Of a stretch of DNA of 64,000 bases, positions 27,201-40,661 are shown one piece after another (the stretch's first letter is position 1; every line of letters starts with the position of its first letter). Position numbers and translations under genes: made by a program. The DNA is from Octopus vulgaris (lineage: Eukaryota): assembly GCA_951406725.2 (NCBI GenBank), contig OX597823.1, positions 70,494,001 through 70,558,000 on the forward strand, given 5' to 3'. The notes beneath the pieces were generated by a model, which saw only the letters and a program-made list of their open reading frames with translations, had not been told where the DNA came from and searched no databases.

Positions 27201-27870
27201 AAATGAAAAATATTGGTTTCAAATTTTGGCACAAGGCCAGCAAGTTCGGAGGAGGGGGTAAGTCGATTACTTCGACTCCAGTCCTCAACTGATACTTAAT
27301 TTGTCAACCCCGAAAAGATGAAAGGCAAAGTCGACCTTGGTGGATTTGAACTCAGAACTGTTGAATACCGCAAAGCATTGTGCCCAGCGTGGCAGCTCGC
27401 CGACTTTATGAAATGAAAAAATATTGGTTACAAATTTTGGCATAAGGCCAGCAATTTCGGAGGAGGGGGTAAGTCGATTACTTCGACTCCAGTCCTCAAC
27501 TGATACTTAATTTGTCAACCCCGAAAGGATGAAAGGCAAAGTCGACCTTGGTGGATTTGAACTCAGAACTGTCGAATACCGCAAAGCATTGTGCCCAGCG
27601 TGGTAGCTCGCCGACTTCATGAAATGAAAAATATTAGTTTCAAATTTTGGCATAAGGCCAGCAATTTTGGGTGAGTGGTTAAGTCAATTACATTGACCTC
27701 AGTGCTCAACTGGTACTTATTTTATCAACCCCGAAAAGGGACGAAAAGTAAAGTCGACGCCGGCGGAATTTGAACTCAGAATACAAGGACGGATAAAATG
27801 CCACGTGGCATTTATCCCAGCGGGAAAACGATTCTGCCAACTCGCCGCCTTAAGGTAATGAAAAATTATT
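27201..27870 (-). mobile_element. Three tandem SINE family C copies (~210-bp period)
   Basis: Units start near 27201, 27411 and 27622; an AATGAAAAA(A)T(T)ATT motif occurs at all four junctions. Confidence 0.85.
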
Positions 27871-27946
27871 AAAAATGTTTTTCAAAGTATTTTTTTTATT
27901 TCAGTTATGGGCAACAACTTTATTGTGCATTAGTTGGTTCAGTTCG

Positions 27947-28308
27947 ACCTTTAACCTTTGCATCTATGGTAATAATACATGCGTCGAGAAAATCTGAGAA
28001 AAGTTTACCAAACAAAACGTATGTGAATTTTGATATGGATCGCTGAACATTGGTCAAAAATTCAAGAATCAATCACTATTTGCATCTCAGAATAAACTGC
28101 CGAAATGAACGAGACACCTATACACCCAGAAACGTTTAAAGCAAATTAAAACTGAAAACTTGAAAGCATGTTGGCGGAAACCCAACTGCAACCTAGGAGA
28201 AAGTTGGTTCAGCGCTCCATATCAAAGTTCACATGTTCTTTGTTCGATAAACTTTTTTCAGAAAGTCTCGATGCATATATTCCCACCATAAATGCAATGG
28301 TTAATGGT
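27947..28308. mobile_element. MITE-like element with ~100-bp imperfect TIRs
   Basis: 27947-28048 pairs with 28207-28308. Confidence 0.7.
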
Positions 28309-28794
28309 ATATGAGACGTAGCCGATCATCTCATATACATTATGTAATGGTCTTAGTATCTATTGCGAAGGGATTTAGATTTTTTTTATAGAATACTCTA
28401 TAAATACTAGAGCTAGCAATGCCAAAGTTCTTTGTAATGTTTGACTACCAGACAAGTAACATAAACAACGACCCTTTATCAGTTGTCGGCTGCCTATCTA
28501 CCCCTCATTTCAAGCATTGAACAATAATATGAGTCTTCGAAGGCAGTTGCTCCCAAAAATACTAAAATAAAATTTTCGGATTTATGGAGAGTCAAAGTTG
28601 GGAACAAAAACAGGACAGTGGAGATATACAAGGAACCGAACGAAAACAAACATGGGGAGTCGATAGATCAGAACGAGGGTAAAATAACGAACGCTGGAGA
28701 AAAAATTTTTTGATAAGAGAAAAGATAGAAGCGCAAGATAGCTAGGACACGTCCAGCCTCTTATTATATTATTTATATTATCATTTGATTATAA

Positions 28795-29270
28795 TATTGC
28801 AATCTGGGGGGTTGGGTGGCCAGATGCTAGGGGTAATGTAGTTGCAGAAATTGTTTGACAGTCATGACTGCGTTCTTCTGCTTGTGTGGCAAGGTGCAGA
28901 GTCCTGTTGCCAGACATAGGGTCTTCCAGCAGCCACCCTCTTGATCCAGAACAGCATTACTTCCTCCAGGCACTTGAAGTAGGCCTCCGTGTTGGGTCTG
29001 AGGCCGTGTGGGCAGATGAATGGAGACAACATCACCATTACTAGTGATAATTTAAAACACCATGATGTTGACTGGATGTTTGATTTTTATCACTCTCGGT
29101 ACATGTCCTCAGATTCTACTGTCCTCAGATTGACACCCAAATACTCTGAAATATTCGTATTGGAGCTTCCGGCGGGAATGCCAAGCAGTACAGCATGTCG
29201 TTTCCAAATTTTTGGCAGAGTGAATTGCGTCATGATACTGTTTATCTCACAGACGGTGCCCAACTGATCC
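28795..29270 (-). mobile_element. Tc1/mariner-superfamily transposase fragment (probably DD37D/DD41D-like)
   Basis: KHPVNIMVF...GRPYVWQQDSAPCHTS...WPPNPPDCN. Confidence 0.75.
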
Positions 29271-29944
29271 TACTATTTATATTTTTATAAGAAACAGTTT
29301 ATAAGATGCCCTAGATTCCTTGATCTGACCCATTAACATTTCCCTGATCTGATCCTTAACATTATTTTTCTTAGTAAAGAAACATTTTTAACTGTGACAC
29401 AGAATGTAAAGTGTTGTACCTGCCCTTATTATTTTATTTTTCATTCTGAATTCATTTACTACAAAGATTTAATCTACGTCTCATTTCACCAAAGTCGCGA
29501 AAATTTATAATCGTGAACATGGGTCGATTTAGTAAATTAAGAGAAATCAATATTTTTAACTGTAAAGATGTGTCTGCAAAAACCTAAAGCTTCAGATTCA
29601 ATTCTTGCAGAATTCAGCTGTACTTTTCCACTTCTTCACCTTTTCAGTTAAAATTACAAGATTTTCATTCTTGTGAGGTTTATAAAATGCAATATATTTA
29701 TTAATTAATTCAATTAACTATGCAAAATTAGGCTTGGTGCTTTATCGAAAGAAATGTTTAACCGTAAGTAACATTTAAGTCAGTACCGAATTATATAAAG
29801 AATAAAAATTATTAGTATAATGATTTGGTTATAGAATATATATATCTGGGAATCATTTAATTTAAAAATACAAGGTTTAAAGATTCTATTAAATTTTGAG
29901 CAAAACAAAACTGATATTTAAGAAATATATTACCAAATACTGAC

Positions 29945-30144
29945 CTTTTTCCCATGGCTTCTTCAGCAATTTCCACGTAGCTGTGTCTGACACGTACTAA
30001 ATAACCATTTGAATCTACTTCATATAGACATTCCACCAATATTTTACCGGTATGACAACAAATGTAGGCCACAACAATCATAGACACGAGAGCCCAGTAA
30101 CCTCCTTGGACAACAGTGTAGGGAAAACTAACTATGAACATTCC
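29945..30144 (-). CDS. SLC32A1: VGAT internal coding exon (200 nt)
   Basis: Acceptor TTTGTAG|GGA ATG; GMFIVSFPYTVVQGGYW...ICCHTGKILVECLYE...SYVEIAEEAMGK; donor AG|GTCAGT, in phase with the 24817 acceptor. Confidence 0.93.
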
Positions 30145-30364
30145 CTACAAAGAAACAAAACAAATATAAGCAAAAGAGTAAGTAAAGAAAAACAATTTTT
30201 TTTTCTTAATAACAATTTATATCAGCGATAGCTTCACAAGAAAAACAATAGGACTTAACAGTATTAAAAATATTGGAAATTTATGCTTACATTAAGTTGC
30301 TATCATGAAATTTAAAGCTCGAACTGCTTGAATCGTGGACGTTTTAGAAGTACTTTGATCATAG

Positions 30365-30688
30365 TAGTAGAAGCACTCCGTCGGTTACAACGACGAGGGT
30401 TCCGGTTGATCCGAATCAACGGAACAGCCTGCTCGTGAAATTAACGTGTAAGTGGCTGAGCACTCCACAGACACGTGTACCCTTAACGTAGTTCTCGGGG
30501 ATATTCAGCGTGACACAGAGAGTGACAAGGCCGGCCCTTTGAAATACAGGTACAACAGAAACAGGAAGTAAGAGTGAGAGAAAGTTGTGGTGAAAGAGTA
30601 CAGCAGGGATCACCACCATCCCTGCCGGAGCCTCGTGGAGCTTTAGGTGTTTTCGCTCAATAAACACTCACAACGCCCGGTCTGGGAA
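30365..30688 (-). mobile_element. SINE family B, 5'-truncated
   Basis: Near-identical to the 12212 copy; 14-bp TSD TACTTTGATCATAG at 30351-30364 and 30689-30702. Confidence 0.92.
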
Positions 30689-30958
30689 TACTTTGATCAT
30701 AGCTACACTGCATCAAACGCATACATTCGCACTTGCACATATTAACGAACGAACGCCCCCACCCACAATATTACCTTTAAACCCGGTAAACGCAATAGAG
30801 GCAGTATCAAATTTAAGTAGCCATTGAATATGCGGCATTGAAAAAGTCCCAAAGGCCGTAATGCATTTGGTGGTCTCGCTGGTCATTGCTGGGACGAATA
30901 CTTGTCTTTCTGATACTTACTGTTTAGGTTGTTTAGGTTTAGTCGCTTTAACTGGAGC

Positions 30959-31034
<76 letters not shown>

Positions 31035-31064
31035 CAAATTTGGGGATAGAATAGATAAAATTCA

Positions 31065-31148
31065 GCCCAGATATGTTTCATAGCTAGAAGAACCTCGAAA
31101 GTGGTAGTTACCCAAACGAGGGGTAACCCGCTAGCTACTCTTCAGGTC
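31065..31148 (-). ncRNA. Degenerate hammerhead-like motif with a long branched stem II
   Basis: GAC-CTGAAGA-GTAGCTAG...(GTTACCC/GGGTAAC hairpin)...CTAGCTAT-GAAA-CATAT; stems I and III are decayed. Confidence 0.4.
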
Positions 31149-33557
31149 AAAGATACCTTAGTCGAATGAAAGTTACATTGTCGTCAAGAGGTCTCATGTT
31201 AACTGGTAGGAGAACTGATCGAAAATGTGTGGAATGCACACATTTTTATTATCATACACAGCAACCCCAGCTACTAACCGTGAACTATGAAATAACTTTT
31301 TTCAGTTTCCCGAACTTCGATATGAGAAAAGTTTACAACGATCTACGTCAATAAACAACAATTGTTCCTGAAAGTTGTTTTTATACCTTCTACAGATTGC
31401 TTGAAGCTTATTAACCTCTTACACCTTGATCCTTGGATCTTACTGTTTATGCAGAAATGACTTCTAACCTTAGTCCGTTCAAAGAAGGGGTACCATTCAG
31501 AACGACTAAGAAAGGATTTATTTAATACGTTCAAAAGTTGCGACTTTAAGATTGCTGTAGACTTTAAGACTACTAATATAGTCAAATTGTTAAGACATTA
31601 CACTCAATCGAAATGCAGACATTTAGAGCCGATATAGAAGACCAAGCAAATTTTCAAAATTTCGCCCCACTATTCTTTAAAATTTACCTAGGAAATTTCA
31701 GAGAAATTTCAGAATATCTACTGATTCAGAGACATATAACTGTTCAACTGTATTTTGCAATGACGCTTTAATCAGAAGCAGCTTCACCGATAGGATAGAT
31801 TTCATTCCTCCACGCAACGAAAGCTATATAATTTAACTCTCCTTTCAGTTTAAATATCAGTTCTAACATTATCCGATCATTTCTAATTGAAAAGTTCCCG
31901 GCTTGTCATAAGTTACATTAAAACCTTAAACAAGTAACAGTGCACCGATAGTTTCACGTCCTCATTTGCTTGTATTAATCAAAAGAAATTAGCTTGCATA
32001 TTTTCAAAATTATTGACAGGCATAGATTATATTTAAGATTTAGAATAATAAGGTTGTTATGGTGTTGTTTCCTTTCAGGCTTTTATAGATAATTTTATTT
32101 TTCCTTATAATTTTTCTCCTTATACCTTTCCTCCACTTAGACAAACCATTTTAAATTAAAGTAATCGCGTCAGTATTCAGTTTGAAATCAATGCCATTAC
32201 GGGCAGGTATTTTTCTTTTGCATTATCTAATCCTTTATAAGACTCTCAGGAGGAGAGGAAGTACTCTGGAGAAAATGAAAGAATCGAATAGATGGGAAGG
32301 GCTTACAGTAGATAATTTATCAATCTTTTTACCTTTCCTTATTCTTCCTCACCTCATCACTTTACTGATTAATCAATTATTTATTTTTCATCATGATTGG
32401 CCAAACCATCGGTTCTTATGTTCATTATTTCGTGTAAATTGGTTTCATAAGATATGTTTGATCGTCTTTCTTCTAAAATTCAAATACTTGTTCACACATT
32501 TGTATATCACGGAGAAGCATGGGAATTTTTCGTCTCTTTGTAAGTTGAAAATTCCAAAGATGTTTTTGAAGTGAATCAAGTTTTCCTTAGAAAAATTTCA
32601 GCTACTTGTTACAAATAGAATTCAAAGCGAATATTTTTCCTTTCAGTTTTAAATTTAGAAATCATCTTAGTAATAAATAACGAAGTGTTGATGACGAATA
32701 GGAAAAAGCAATGCTAGAAAAGCAAAACAGAAAAGAAAAGAAAAATGAATTTCAAATACAGTAACAAGAGGCAATAGCAAGAAAAGGAATAAATTCAATT
32801 TTTATTACTATTACCGCCTTGTCTTGAATATCAGAAATTGCAGGGTGTAGAATTCATAGGTATTGCTTCTCTACAAATCATATAAAGGTTTCTTTTCATC
32901 ACATTTACATGTGTCATCGTATGTATTTCTTACGAATTATCATATATCTATTGCGACACACACACGTAGACACACACACATACAAGTATATGTATATCCA
33001 ACTACATATATAAATATAAAGACACAAGGATGTACACACACACACACAGACACACACACACACACACGTGCTGTGTCGCTATAACATATGTTATTTTCAC
33101 AGATGAAGCCCAGGAGGCGAGTAAGTTAATATCAAATAAACAATTAGATATTCCTTTATCATAAATTAGTAAATAACCGGATTTCCTCGTCTAAATTGTT
33201 TATGTAACTTTGAGTTGTTTCGAACCTCTACACAAGGACTTCCAGTGGAAACTGGGGTGTATATAATAAGTACAAGTTCTATACTTTGCTGTCACTTACA
33301 AGCAAGTATGTACTGGTAGTAGAGGGTCTTTGTTCGCAGACATTGGCCCACCCACACTTGAATCAGCGGAAGGGAGAAGAGAGATAGTCATCTGCAAATG
33401 AGTTGATTGGCATTCATTTACAACTGAATAAAACGGAAATGATGTGCCTTAAGCAAAGATATAATGCCTGGTTCTGGAATCGAACTCATGACCTTAAGGT
33501 CAGGAACCTAACACCCTTAACCACTAGGCTACACATCATCACAACAATTAACTATTA

Positions 33558-33951
33558 ATAATAAATCTCAGAGCGAGTTATAAACAGTAGCTACAACACA
33601 TCGTGACGTATATTTGCCATTGAAATATGGCTCACCCCTAAGGGTGGATGCTACAGTAGTTTGTAGCCCCAGGAGGCCACCGCATCCAGCTGGCTATAGA
33701 CACACTTTCTGTGCCCTATCAGTATTTGCAAAGGGAAGTTATCCTTCCCGTCTTCAACTTATGATACACACGGACTCGAGTTTCTGGGTATTGACCCGTC
33801 ATCGGAGTGTGACAATCACAGATGTCGATGAGAAGTAGATTCCCTAAGTGTGTCTATAGCCAGCTGGAGGCGGTGGCCTCCTGGGGCTACAAACTACTGT
33901 AGCATCCACCCTTAGGGGTTAGCCATATTTCAATGGCAAATATACGTCACG
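33558..33951 (-). mobile_element. Non-coding fold-back PLE-type element with an HHR motif and TSD
   Basis: 106-bp inverted arms 33602-33707 and 33846-33951 (2 mismatches); 12-bp TSD AATTAACTATTA at 33546-33557 and 33952-33963. Confidence 0.85.
33767..33811 (-). ncRNA. Hammerhead ribozyme-like motif (CCGAUGA variant core)
   Basis: CACACT-CCGATGA-C-GGGT.CAAT.ACCC-A-GAAA-CTCGAG-TC-CGTGTG, with a palindromic stem III. Confidence 0.65.
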
Positions 33952-34999
33952 AATTAACTATTAGTTCTATAGTAAAGTTGATTCGATCGCCTATACTTTA
34001 TCTTACACAATTGTGATCATGTAATAATGGGGAAAATCAATATTAAACTAAAATTAAACAAAAGACGAATTCATTACGATGACGACGAATGAAAAAGAAA
34101 ATACTCGCTTTCAATTCTATTTAGAGCACATAGCTGGAAATTTTTTTCGGAAAACTCAATTCATTTTAAAGCACCTTTGGAATTTTCAGCTTACAATGGG
34201 ATGAAAAATTCCCATGCTTCTCTATAATACACAAATGTGTGAACAGGTTTACGAATGTTTGAAGAAAAACCATCAAATACATCTCGTTAGACCGATTTAA
34301 ACGAAATTATGTGAAATCACAAATTGCAACAATACTCACTATTGCTACAATTTGGAAAGGGAAAACTTAGGGGAATATTTACAATTTGAACTCAGATATT
34401 GTACGTTTACGCAGAGCGCGCGAGTGTGTATGTGTGTGTGTGTGGGTGGGTGGTGGTGGGGGGAAGATAGATAGAGGGAGAGGGAGAGAGAGAGAGAGTA
34501 AATATTTCAATGAATAGGCTAAAAAATTGCAATTCCTATACCTGAAATGCGCTAATTTAATTTTAGAACAATTTTTAATAAAGTACGGCTACATTTTATT
34601 TTATCACAAACAATTTACTGAAAAAGAACTCAACTCAGCACTATACAATATCGATAATCAAAAATAACAATACACATATACAAATTTTAATAAAGAATAC
34701 AAATTTTTATCTTGAGTGGGAACTTATAATAGAAGGAAGCCAATATAGATTCTTTTAAAATATTGAGTAGAATGCTTAAAGGATAAGAATTAGTTTTCTT
34801 ATTTAGACGAGATACAATGCATTGTATTTTATTAATTTGAGGCAATGGAAGAGTGTAACTGAAGATTTTTTTCGTCAACTGTTGTATGCTTACGCAATTC
34901 ATATGATTTTCAAAAGATTTTTTTAACTAACAGGACCATTGTACTTGGCAATCACAGAACGATTGCAACTGCAAGTGAATAATCTACTCGTAAAAGAAG

Positions 35000-36100
35000 T
35001 AATGGAGCTGCTCAAACATCTGCTAATCAACAAAATATTCTCGGAAAAAAAAATCAATAACGGAACATTAGAATTTGGCTGCAGAACATTTGATTAGTCG
35101 AGTCTTTGATAATAAAATAATGCATGTTTATTATAATGCTGATTATACAACAATATGCATATATGTGACCAAAACCCTCCCCAGCTATCCGCCCCTCCTT
35201 AACTGAGTAAAACAAACAAGAGATTTTGTTAAGTAATAATTTCAAGAACAAAAGAGAACTTCATCGATGAGCCAAACCTTGGGATTGAACCAGCAAATTC
35301 CAGCCTAACGCTCTTTTACATGGGGTATTTTACAGTCCAAGTTTTATTGTTCCGTGTGAGCTGAGGAATGAGAAGAAATATAGTATGGAGCTTCAAAGAA
35401 GCATTTAGAATTAATATAAGAAGTATAGTATTTGAGCTGTCTCTTCCTGAAACCGTGGGTCTTTTAATTGGTTTTGTTTTACCTGGATTGTTTTGGGTAG
35501 ACAATCTGTCCAATGTGGAGGATGCATTCTTAAAAATCAACGCTCTGATACTTCTCATTGAAATGCATTCGGATCTTACTGGTTCATTGATTCTTTCTCA
35601 ACAGTGTGACAACATTCGCAGACTGTTTAGAAATGAAGACTGATGACGTCATTCAGATTATGAAAGACTATTTCTAAGATATTTCCTCCTGCAATGCTTA
35701 ATGTGATTTCCAGATCACATGTATGTATGTATGTATGTATGTATGTATGTATGTATGTATGTATGTATGTATGTATGTGTGTATGTATGTTCTGCTTCTC
35801 TTTTAAATTTAGAATAAACTTTGATCGGCCACCCACTTCGTGGCAAGGTTGTCAAGGAAAGCATCTTGTTTTGTTCATCACCCTTTAAATCTTAAGGTCT
35901 TACAGATTTTTATGGTCCCAGATATCTGGATCATTTATAGTGTATGGATTATATTAACCATATCACCCTACATGTTTGGCAGCTTTCATTCTTACATTAT
36001 AGTTTCCTCTCTCCCTATACCGATTGGCTTAAGTTTTCAGTGCTGCCACAAATGTAAAAGATATTCTCTCTGAAGAAATAATTTTCTCGAATCGTCAGTA
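35000..36100 (-). mobile_element. Highly decayed Penelope-like RT relic
   Basis: AFLDNLATK (PFLD-like) and IKVYSK (VYRK-like) remnants in broken frames. Confidence 0.35.
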
Positions 36101-36465
36101 TTTCCGTCTTTGCACTTGATTTAAATATACAAAAATTTGCGATTATTATATGTAAAAACGCAACAAACGTGAGCTTACACGATATTTTTTGTGAATAGAT
36201 TTTTCTGTACTCGACAAAAAAGTACAGGCTGTTCGATTATATTGTGAGTGATTTTACTTCTGGATGTTTATCTATCGTGTCTATATTAGTCGTAGAAATC
36301 TTTTTCGTATATGTCACCGTGGTAGTAAAAAGCCAAAACCAAATTTTCTAAATTTTCCAAGACGCTGCTTTTAATATAAAATAAGTTCTATTCCAGAACT
36401 ACGGACAATTCAGCGGATTATTCTCGCCACCAAGTTAATCTTTATATCTTTAATCTTTTAATTGA

Positions 36466-36830
36466 TTCAGTCATTTGACTGTGGCCATGCTGGAGCAACG
36501 CCTTTAGTCGAGCAAATCGACACCAGGACTTATTCTTTGGATTCCTAGTACTTATTCTATCGGTCTCTTTTGCCAAACCGCTAAGTTACGGGGACGTAAA
36601 CACACCAGCGTCGGTTGTCAAGCGATGTTGTGGGAACAGACACACAAACACACACACACATATATACATATATACGACGGGCTTCTTTCAGTTTCCGTCT
36701 ACCAAATCCACTCACAAGGCTTTGGTCGGCCCGAGGCTATAGTAGAAGACACTTGCCCAAGGTGCCACGCAGTAGAACTGAACCCGCAAGCATGTGGTTG
36801 GTAAGCAAGCTACTTACTACACAGCCACTG
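36466..36830 (-). mobile_element. SINE family A
   Basis: Homologous to 1441-1833 over its length. Confidence 0.85.
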
Positions 36831-37299
36831 CAGCACTTAAGTTGTGGACGTGTGTTAATACTACAAATCCTTACTTTTTGTTACTAGGTTATTATCATGT
36901 TATTGCCACTTGCAAAATTTCCGACTTGGAGCCCTAGCACATTTTTGGCGTCAGTTCGAAAGTCATAAATATCCCATTTCTCCCACTTTCCTTCCACAAT
37001 TATATTTGACTACATATCTGTACTTAGGGGACGATCCAGCGAACTAGACCATTATTCAAATCCGCTATTTAGATTAAACTGTTTCGCCTTCGTGTCTGTT
37101 TCTCTACAGAACATCATGAGACTCACAGCTTCCCAGTTTTCGCTCGTCACGATGCTATTGTATTTTATAAGTACATAGTGACATAAATAACTATACCGAT
37201 AATATTCAGCACACTACAAACAACAATATTTCTAGTTCTATTGGTGCAAATTCTCTCCTCCTCGTTTTCCCATTACCTTCTTGTTGGACCTCCTCCTTT

Positions 37300-37301
37300 T
37301 A

Positions 37302-37378
<77 letters not shown>

Positions 37379-37388
37379 GCTGCTGCTG

Positions 37389-37444
<56 letters not shown>

Positions 37445-37463
37445 GCTGCTGCTGCTGCTGCTG

Positions 37464-37537
<74 letters not shown>

Positions 37538-37540
37538 GTT
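37300..37540. repeat. Compound (ACT)n/(GCT)n microsatellite
   Basis: Read directly. Confidence 0.95.
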
Positions 37541-38749
37541 GTGCGAGAGAATCCTGATACAGAATGACAGTTACCACAGAATACGACATTGATCCCAGTT
37601 GATCTACTCAACTCCGATGTGAATATCTCCTTAACGACTAATGCTATTCTTCAATTAATCTTGGCCTGAAGATATTTTCTCTTCATTTATTGATCAAGTA
37701 TTTGTTCCATCCCTGTTTCTACTACTGACCAATCAAATTAAAGATATCGATTTGCAAACAACTTTCTTGTCTTGCTGTAACAGCTGGAAGCCAATATTAA
37801 TTTCTCGACTTAAAGATTGGTAATAATGGATATTTGTGTCAACGTATAGCGTGTGTCAAGCAAACCGATAAAGGGTTGGGTGAGACTGACTAGGAAGAGA
37901 ATTAAAAGAAATCGGTGTTGAAAGGGAGCTGGAAGTATATATGTAATAGCATATAGCATTAAGGAAAATGTAGTATTAATTTTGTCAGATCAGTAAATTT
38001 ATTAGTTATTAAATGTCAAAGAAAAAAGAAAAAAACTCAACTCAACAAATCTATGCTGTACTTCTAAAAATATATCTTTCTCCTCTTTTTCTTTTCTACA
38101 TCTCTATTTTCTGTTATTCAATACTAACTTCTCCTCATCAACCCTCAACACCTACTTATGTCAGTCAATTGGTTTTTGACTAAGGCAATACTATTATCGT
38201 TTATCGAACTAATTCCATTCATTCTTAGAAACGTCCATTAAAGACTGTCAATTCTTCCTTCGAAACCAATAGCCCATTTTAAGTGACATTCTAAGCAGTT
38301 CTAAATTTTCTTGCATACATTTAAACAAAAATAAAACGAACAAAGAACAGATAGGAGAGGATAAAAATCTGAGTAGTTTGTAGTACATCAAGCTAGATCT
38401 ACATGGTTACACACCTGTATGATATATCTGTTCACGCGTATATTATATCTACTCTTCGAAACACACCTCTCTTTCTATCAGCATACCTCATTCTTTTTTG
38501 AAATCGTATTAATCTTAGGTCAAGGCACTGGTTGTGTTTTGCTCTTTTCATTTGAGACAAATTGCACACGCATGATTTCAAATAAGTGATGAACAGACGC
38601 AAGCAAGCCTGTGTGGTTCAGAGGCTCTGTTTTTCAACCACATAGTTTCCAGTTTAGTTCCACTTCGCGTACTTTTGGGTAAGAATCATCTACTAAAGCA
38701 TAAGCTGACCAATGCTTTTTGAATGAATTTTGTAGACAGAAACTGTGCA

Positions 38750-39127
38750 GGCGGCGAGCTGGCAGAAACGTTAGCACGCCGGGCGAAATGCGTAGGAGTA
38801 TTTCGTTCTGAGTTCAAATTCCGCCGAGGTTGACTTTGCCTTTCATCCTTTCGGGGTAGATAGATTAAGTACCAGTTACGCACTGGGGTCGATGTAATCG
38901 ACTTAATTCGTTTGTCCCCTCTGTGTTTAGCCCCTTGTGGGTAGTAAAGAAATAGGTATTTCGTCTGTCTTTACGTTCTGAGTTCAAATTCCGTCGAGGT
39001 CGACTTCGGGGTCGATTAAATAAGTACCAGTTACGCACTGGGGTCGATATAATTGACTTAATCCGTTTGTCTGTCCTTGTTTGTCCCCTCTGCGCGGAGC
39101 CCCTTGTGGGCAATAAAGAAATAAGAA
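38750..39127 (+). mobile_element. SINE family C partial dimer with CCTTGTGG..AATAAA tail
   Basis: Two tandem units; the second lacks the 5' head. Confidence 0.8.
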
Positions 39128-40162
39128 ACTGTGCAAAAGTCTACTATATATAGGATGCCGCCTAGAATATATTTATATGCATCACTCCAAGTTAAGTGAG
39201 CAGCATTACAACGAAAGACTCCGTTATGTAGAACCTTGTCTGGCCCCGAGAAGGAAGCCTGATATCTCGTAAGCAATTTGGAAATGTTGATGATAATTGA
39301 TAAACAGAGATTGCAAGAAGAGTTCAATAGTGTCGATATAGGAGGTGTGCGATAACTAGAAAGAGATGCATATATTGAAATCAGTGAGGATGATGATTTC
39401 AGAGAAAAATGAAATGACATTGAATTCCTCAATTAAGAAAGAGATAGTTGTTAGAAGGAATTCGGAAATCGTTAGAGGTAGCAAGAACGTGAAAGAAAGA
39501 ATCTAAGTTGGAGTAACCGGAAGGTTTTGTTGCATTTAAATGGATCACACATATATGCAGACATCACCAATCAAAATGGCGTCGGCATATAGCGTAGTCT
39601 GACAGCAGAGACAATGGATGAGGAATGCATGTCTCTGGGAAAAATAGTTGTGTTATTTATAAGTTTTTGTGATGCAAATTGGCCAGCGAAATGATCATAT
39701 TCTTTTTTCTTAATTTCATTGTACTCAGTGATGTTGCATCAATTTAAAATCTTATTAAAATTTACTACGAAGGCAAAACAATTTACACCGTATTGAAAAT
39801 ACCATTACCGAATTAATATTTAAAAAGATTGTTAAAGCCGATGCTAGCCGTGAGATTTGTATCACATTTTATATATTCTGTCTAATATTTACTGTAAATC
39901 CTGAACTGTTCTTTGTTTGCAGCATCGCCTTCTGTCGTGCTGGAGTTAAACATCTTGATATGCATACACTGCTTTCATAACGAGTTTTAAAAATATTTGT
40001 TTCTAGTAACTTCCGTTAAAGTAAATGTTGTTTCTCCCTTTTCATTAACACTTTCTACAATTTTTTTATATATATATTTTTCTTGAAATTTCATTTTATC
40101 TTTCTTTTATTCTTTCAATTCTCTTGGGTCGTCGTTTTGCACACAAAAATCTTCCTTCACGC

Positions 40163-40208
40163 TCCTCCTCCTCCTCCTCCTCTCCCCCATCTCTCTCCCT
40201 CTCCCTCT

Positions 40209-40244
<36 letters not shown>

Positions 40245-40482
40245 TCCCCTCTCTCTCTCTCCCTCTCCCCTCTCTCTCTCTCTCCCTCTCCCCTCTCTCT
40301 CTCCCTCTCCGCTCTCTCTCTCCCTCTCCGCTCTCTCTCTCTCCCTCTCTCCTCTCTCTCCCTCTCCCCTCTCTCTCTCTCTCCCTCTCCCCTCTCTCTC
40401 TCCCTCTCCCCTCTCTCTCTCCCTCTCCCCTCTCTCTCTCCCTCTCCCCTCTCTCTCTCCCTCTCCCCTCTCTCTCTCTCTG
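40163..40482. repeat. Long polypyrimidine (CT/CCCT) low-complexity tract
   Basis: Read directly. Confidence 0.95.
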
Positions 40483-40623
40483 CTTTCTCTGTCACTCATT
40501 CCTATACCTTTCTCACAACTATTTTTCTTTGCTCATTGACTCCTTATTTAGCTTTCCTTTTCGTATTTCTTTGTGTCACTTTCCCCAATCAAGTATTGTT
40601 CCCTCTCCACTCTCTCTCTTTCT

Positions 40624-40661
<38 letters not shown>

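Noticed and set aside
29857-29944. VGAT ORF extension SVFGNIFLKY...
   Set aside because: Read-through past the GT donor at 29944; VGAT similarity resumes at 24817.
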